Source of the DNA: Betaproteobacteria bacterium
Lineage (GTDB): Bacteria > Pseudomonadota > Gammaproteobacteria > Burkholderiales > SG8-41
DNA length: 64,000 bases
Assembly: GCA_032128415.1 (NCBI GenBank)
Contig: JAQBGW010000165.1
Location: forward strand, 1,481 to 65,480
Reading direction: 5' to 3'
In this document: positions 62,137 to 64,000 of the stretch, piece by piece
How positions within the stretch are numbered: the stretch's first letter is position 1
Layout of the letters: every line of letters starts with the position of its first letter
Program-made: the position numbers and the translations under genes
Notes under the pieces: generated by a model
Database searches by the model: none
Told to the model about the DNA's origin: nothing
The model's input: only the letters and a program-made list of their open reading frames with translations

Positions 62137-62700
62137 ATGCGTAACCTGATTGCACTTTCCTGCATTGCATTGCTGCCGGTCCTCTCCGGCTGCATGGCCA
62201 TGGCGGTCGGTGGCGCCGCAACCGGCATGATTGTGGCGGAAGACCGTCGCACGGTCGGCACCATGACCGAAGACCAAGGCATCGAATTCAAGGCGGCAAG
62301 CCGGATCGATGAAAAAGTGAAAGACGGCCACATCAATGTCACCAGCTACAACCGTGCTGTGCTGCTGACCGGCGAAGTGCCCAGTGCGGCGGCGAGAACA
62401 GATGCCGAGCAAACCACACGTGCCGTGGACAATGTGCGCAGCGTATTCAATGAATTGCAGGTTGCGGGTAACAGTTCGCTGCAGGCACGCACCAACGACA
62501 CCGTACTGACTTCCAAGGTCAAGGTGCGCTTCATCGACGCCGGAAAGTTCGGCCCGCTGCATGTCAAAGTGGTAACGGAGAACGGTGTCGTCTATCTGCT
62601 GGGCATGGTCAAACGCCAGGAGGCCGCGGATGCCACCGAGGTTGCACGCACCACTGGTGGCGTGCGCAAGGTAGTCCGAGTGTTCGAGTACCTCGACTGA
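62137..62700 (+). CDS. Dual-BON-domain lipoprotein (YraP/DolP-like)
   Basis: Lipobox LSGC, DRRTVG, two BON domains. Confidence 0.92.
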   Translation: MRNLIALSCIALLPVLSGCMAMAVGGAATGMIVAEDRRTVGTMTEDQGIEFKAASRIDEKVKDGHINVTSYNRAVLLTGEVPSAAARTDAEQTTRAVDNVRSVFNELQVAGNSSLQARTNDTVLTSKVKVRFIDAGKFGPLHVKVVTENGVVYLLGMVKRQEAADATEVARTTGGVRKVVRVFEYLD

Positions 62701-62746
62701 ACGCCGACCGGGATCATTTGTTGTACCAGCACAGGCTGCGTCCTTG

Positions 62747-63235
62747 ATGCAGCCCCTCCCGGATTTTGAGCGGCGTATCTGCACCCCTGCCGACGCGGCA
62801 CAACGCGCAGCGCAGCTGGCACGACCATTGGTGTTTACCAACGGTGTTTTCGATATCCTGCACCGCGGTCATGTCACCTACCTTGCACAGGCCCGCGCCT
62901 TGGGCGCCAGCCTCGTTGTGGCATTGAACAGTGACGCATCTGCAAAACGTCTGGGCAAAGGCGACGATCGCCCGCTCAACACGCTGGCCGACCGCGCTGC
63001 CGTAGTGGCAGCGCTGGGCTGCGTGGATCTGGTGACCTGGTTCGACGCCGACACCCCGCTGGAACTGATCCTCGCGCTGCAGCCCACCATGCTGGTGAAA
63101 GGCGGCGACTGGAAACCGGAGGCCATCGTTGGCGGCCGCGAAGTTCTCGGATGGGGCGGCACAGTACACTCGATCGCTTTTATGCACGAATGCTCGACCA
63201 CCGCGCTGCTCGCGCGCGTGCGCCGCGGCCACTGA
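62747..63235 (+). CDS. rfaE2: D-glycero-beta-D-manno-heptose 1-phosphate adenylyltransferase (RfaE domain II)
   Basis: FTNGVFDILHRGH, LNSDAS, RP, VKGGDW, STT. Confidence 0.92.
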   Translation: MQPLPDFERRICTPADAAQRAAQLARPLVFTNGVFDILHRGHVTYLAQARALGASLVVALNSDASAKRLGKGDDRPLNTLADRAAVVAALGCVDLVTWFDADTPLELILALQPTMLVKGGDWKPEAIVGGREVLGWGGTVHSIAFMHECSTTALLARVRRGH

Positions 63236-63322
63236 CCCAATTACTTGCGGAAGCGGGGGATTAACAAGGGGCGTCGCCCGCTTGTTCAGTAATTCCTTAC
63301 CATATTTTCGGACTCGGTATTT

Positions 63323-64000
63323 TCACAGTACGGCCGGCGGGCAAGCGCTGGTCTTCACTTCGGACGCCGGAAAGTCGCGCCGCAGTTCTGATACCCGCGT
63401 CACCGTGTCGCCGCCGGATTCCCGCACGATAAACACCACCTGCTTCAGGAATTTTGCCCGCCGCGTGACTGTGGCTGAGCGCACGCCGCGTTCGCGCAGC
63501 ACGGCTAGCTGTATATTGGCCGCCTCCTCACTTTTGAACAAGCCCAGCGACACGGCGTTCCGCCATTGCCCGGCATCCTGCACCACGTAAAAATCGTAAA
63601 TACCCAGCGCTTTCAGCTCACCTACCTTGCGATCAATCTCGGCCTTGTTCTTCAGCGGCGGCATGTGTACCCAGTAGCCGTCTTCATCGCTGACACGACG
63701 TTGCACCGCTGCTTCAGGCAACCCCAACGCAGCAATTGCAGCATCGGCGCGCGGCGCCTCAGCTCCGGCGAAACTGCCCCACTCCACGCAAACTGCTGAT
63801 GCCGGAGCCATGTCTGGTGCAAGTGCAGTTGCCGGCCCTGGAACTGGCGTGGGTTTCTGCGCGAGTGCGCCCGCCGCAACGGCCCTGGAATTCGTCGATT
63901 TGATGCGCTCCGGACTGATCTGCAACAGCGCAATCTGGATCGCAGCCTCATCGGTTTCGCTGAGCAAATAGTGATAGGCAAAAAAACCGCAGTTGGCGAT
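63323..64000 (-). CDS. SPOR-domain protein (5' truncated by window)
   Basis: Frame stays open to the window end (IANCGFFAYHYLL..); Pro/Ala linker, CVEWG, YWVHMPP, SLGLFK. Confidence 0.75.
   Translation of the reverse strand: MANCGFFAYHYLLSETDEAAIQIALLQISPERIKSTNSRAVAAGALAQKPTPVPGPATALAPDMAPASAVCVEWGSFAGAEAPRADAAIAALGLPEAAVQRRVSDEDGYWVHMPPLKNKAEIDRKVGELKALGIYDFYVVQDAGQWRNAVSLGLFKSEEAANIQLAVLRERGVRSATVTRRAKFLKQVVFIVRESGGDTVTRVSELRRDFPASEVKTSACPPAVL

Overview
GC-rich betaproteobacterial chromosome segment (gene order and protein sequences are typical of Betaproteobacteria). The first ~17.5 kb is accessory metabolism: two Fe(II)/2-oxoglutarate oxygenases, recQ, and a 13.6-kb GntR-regulated cluster. 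That cluster encodes SuyA/SuyB-like sulfo-lyase subunits, a ThDP enzyme, a non-canonical four-subunit SDH/FRD complex, a split class I fumarase-like hydratase, a ComC/Ldh_2 dehydrogenase, a sulfatase and two TctC receptors. It reads as a sulfonate mirror of the succinate-fumarate-malate-oxaloacetate arm of the TCA cycle (hypothesis: 3-sulfopropanoate catabolism). The rest is core genome: rpsP-rimM-trmD-rplS, ffh, pilCD-coaE-zapD-yacG, argJ, secA, lpxC, the full dcw cluster, rnpB, pyrC, and rsmI-lpoA-yraN-gmhA-BON. Non-standard DNA features in the core region are a recoded duplication of the mraY 3' end flanking a 112-bp structured insert, a 27-bp palindromic element inserted in frame three times in one gene, and recurrent IHF-consensus AT islands. 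No CRISPR array, rRNA, tRNA, transposase or integrase was seen. All calls are by eye; no searches were run.
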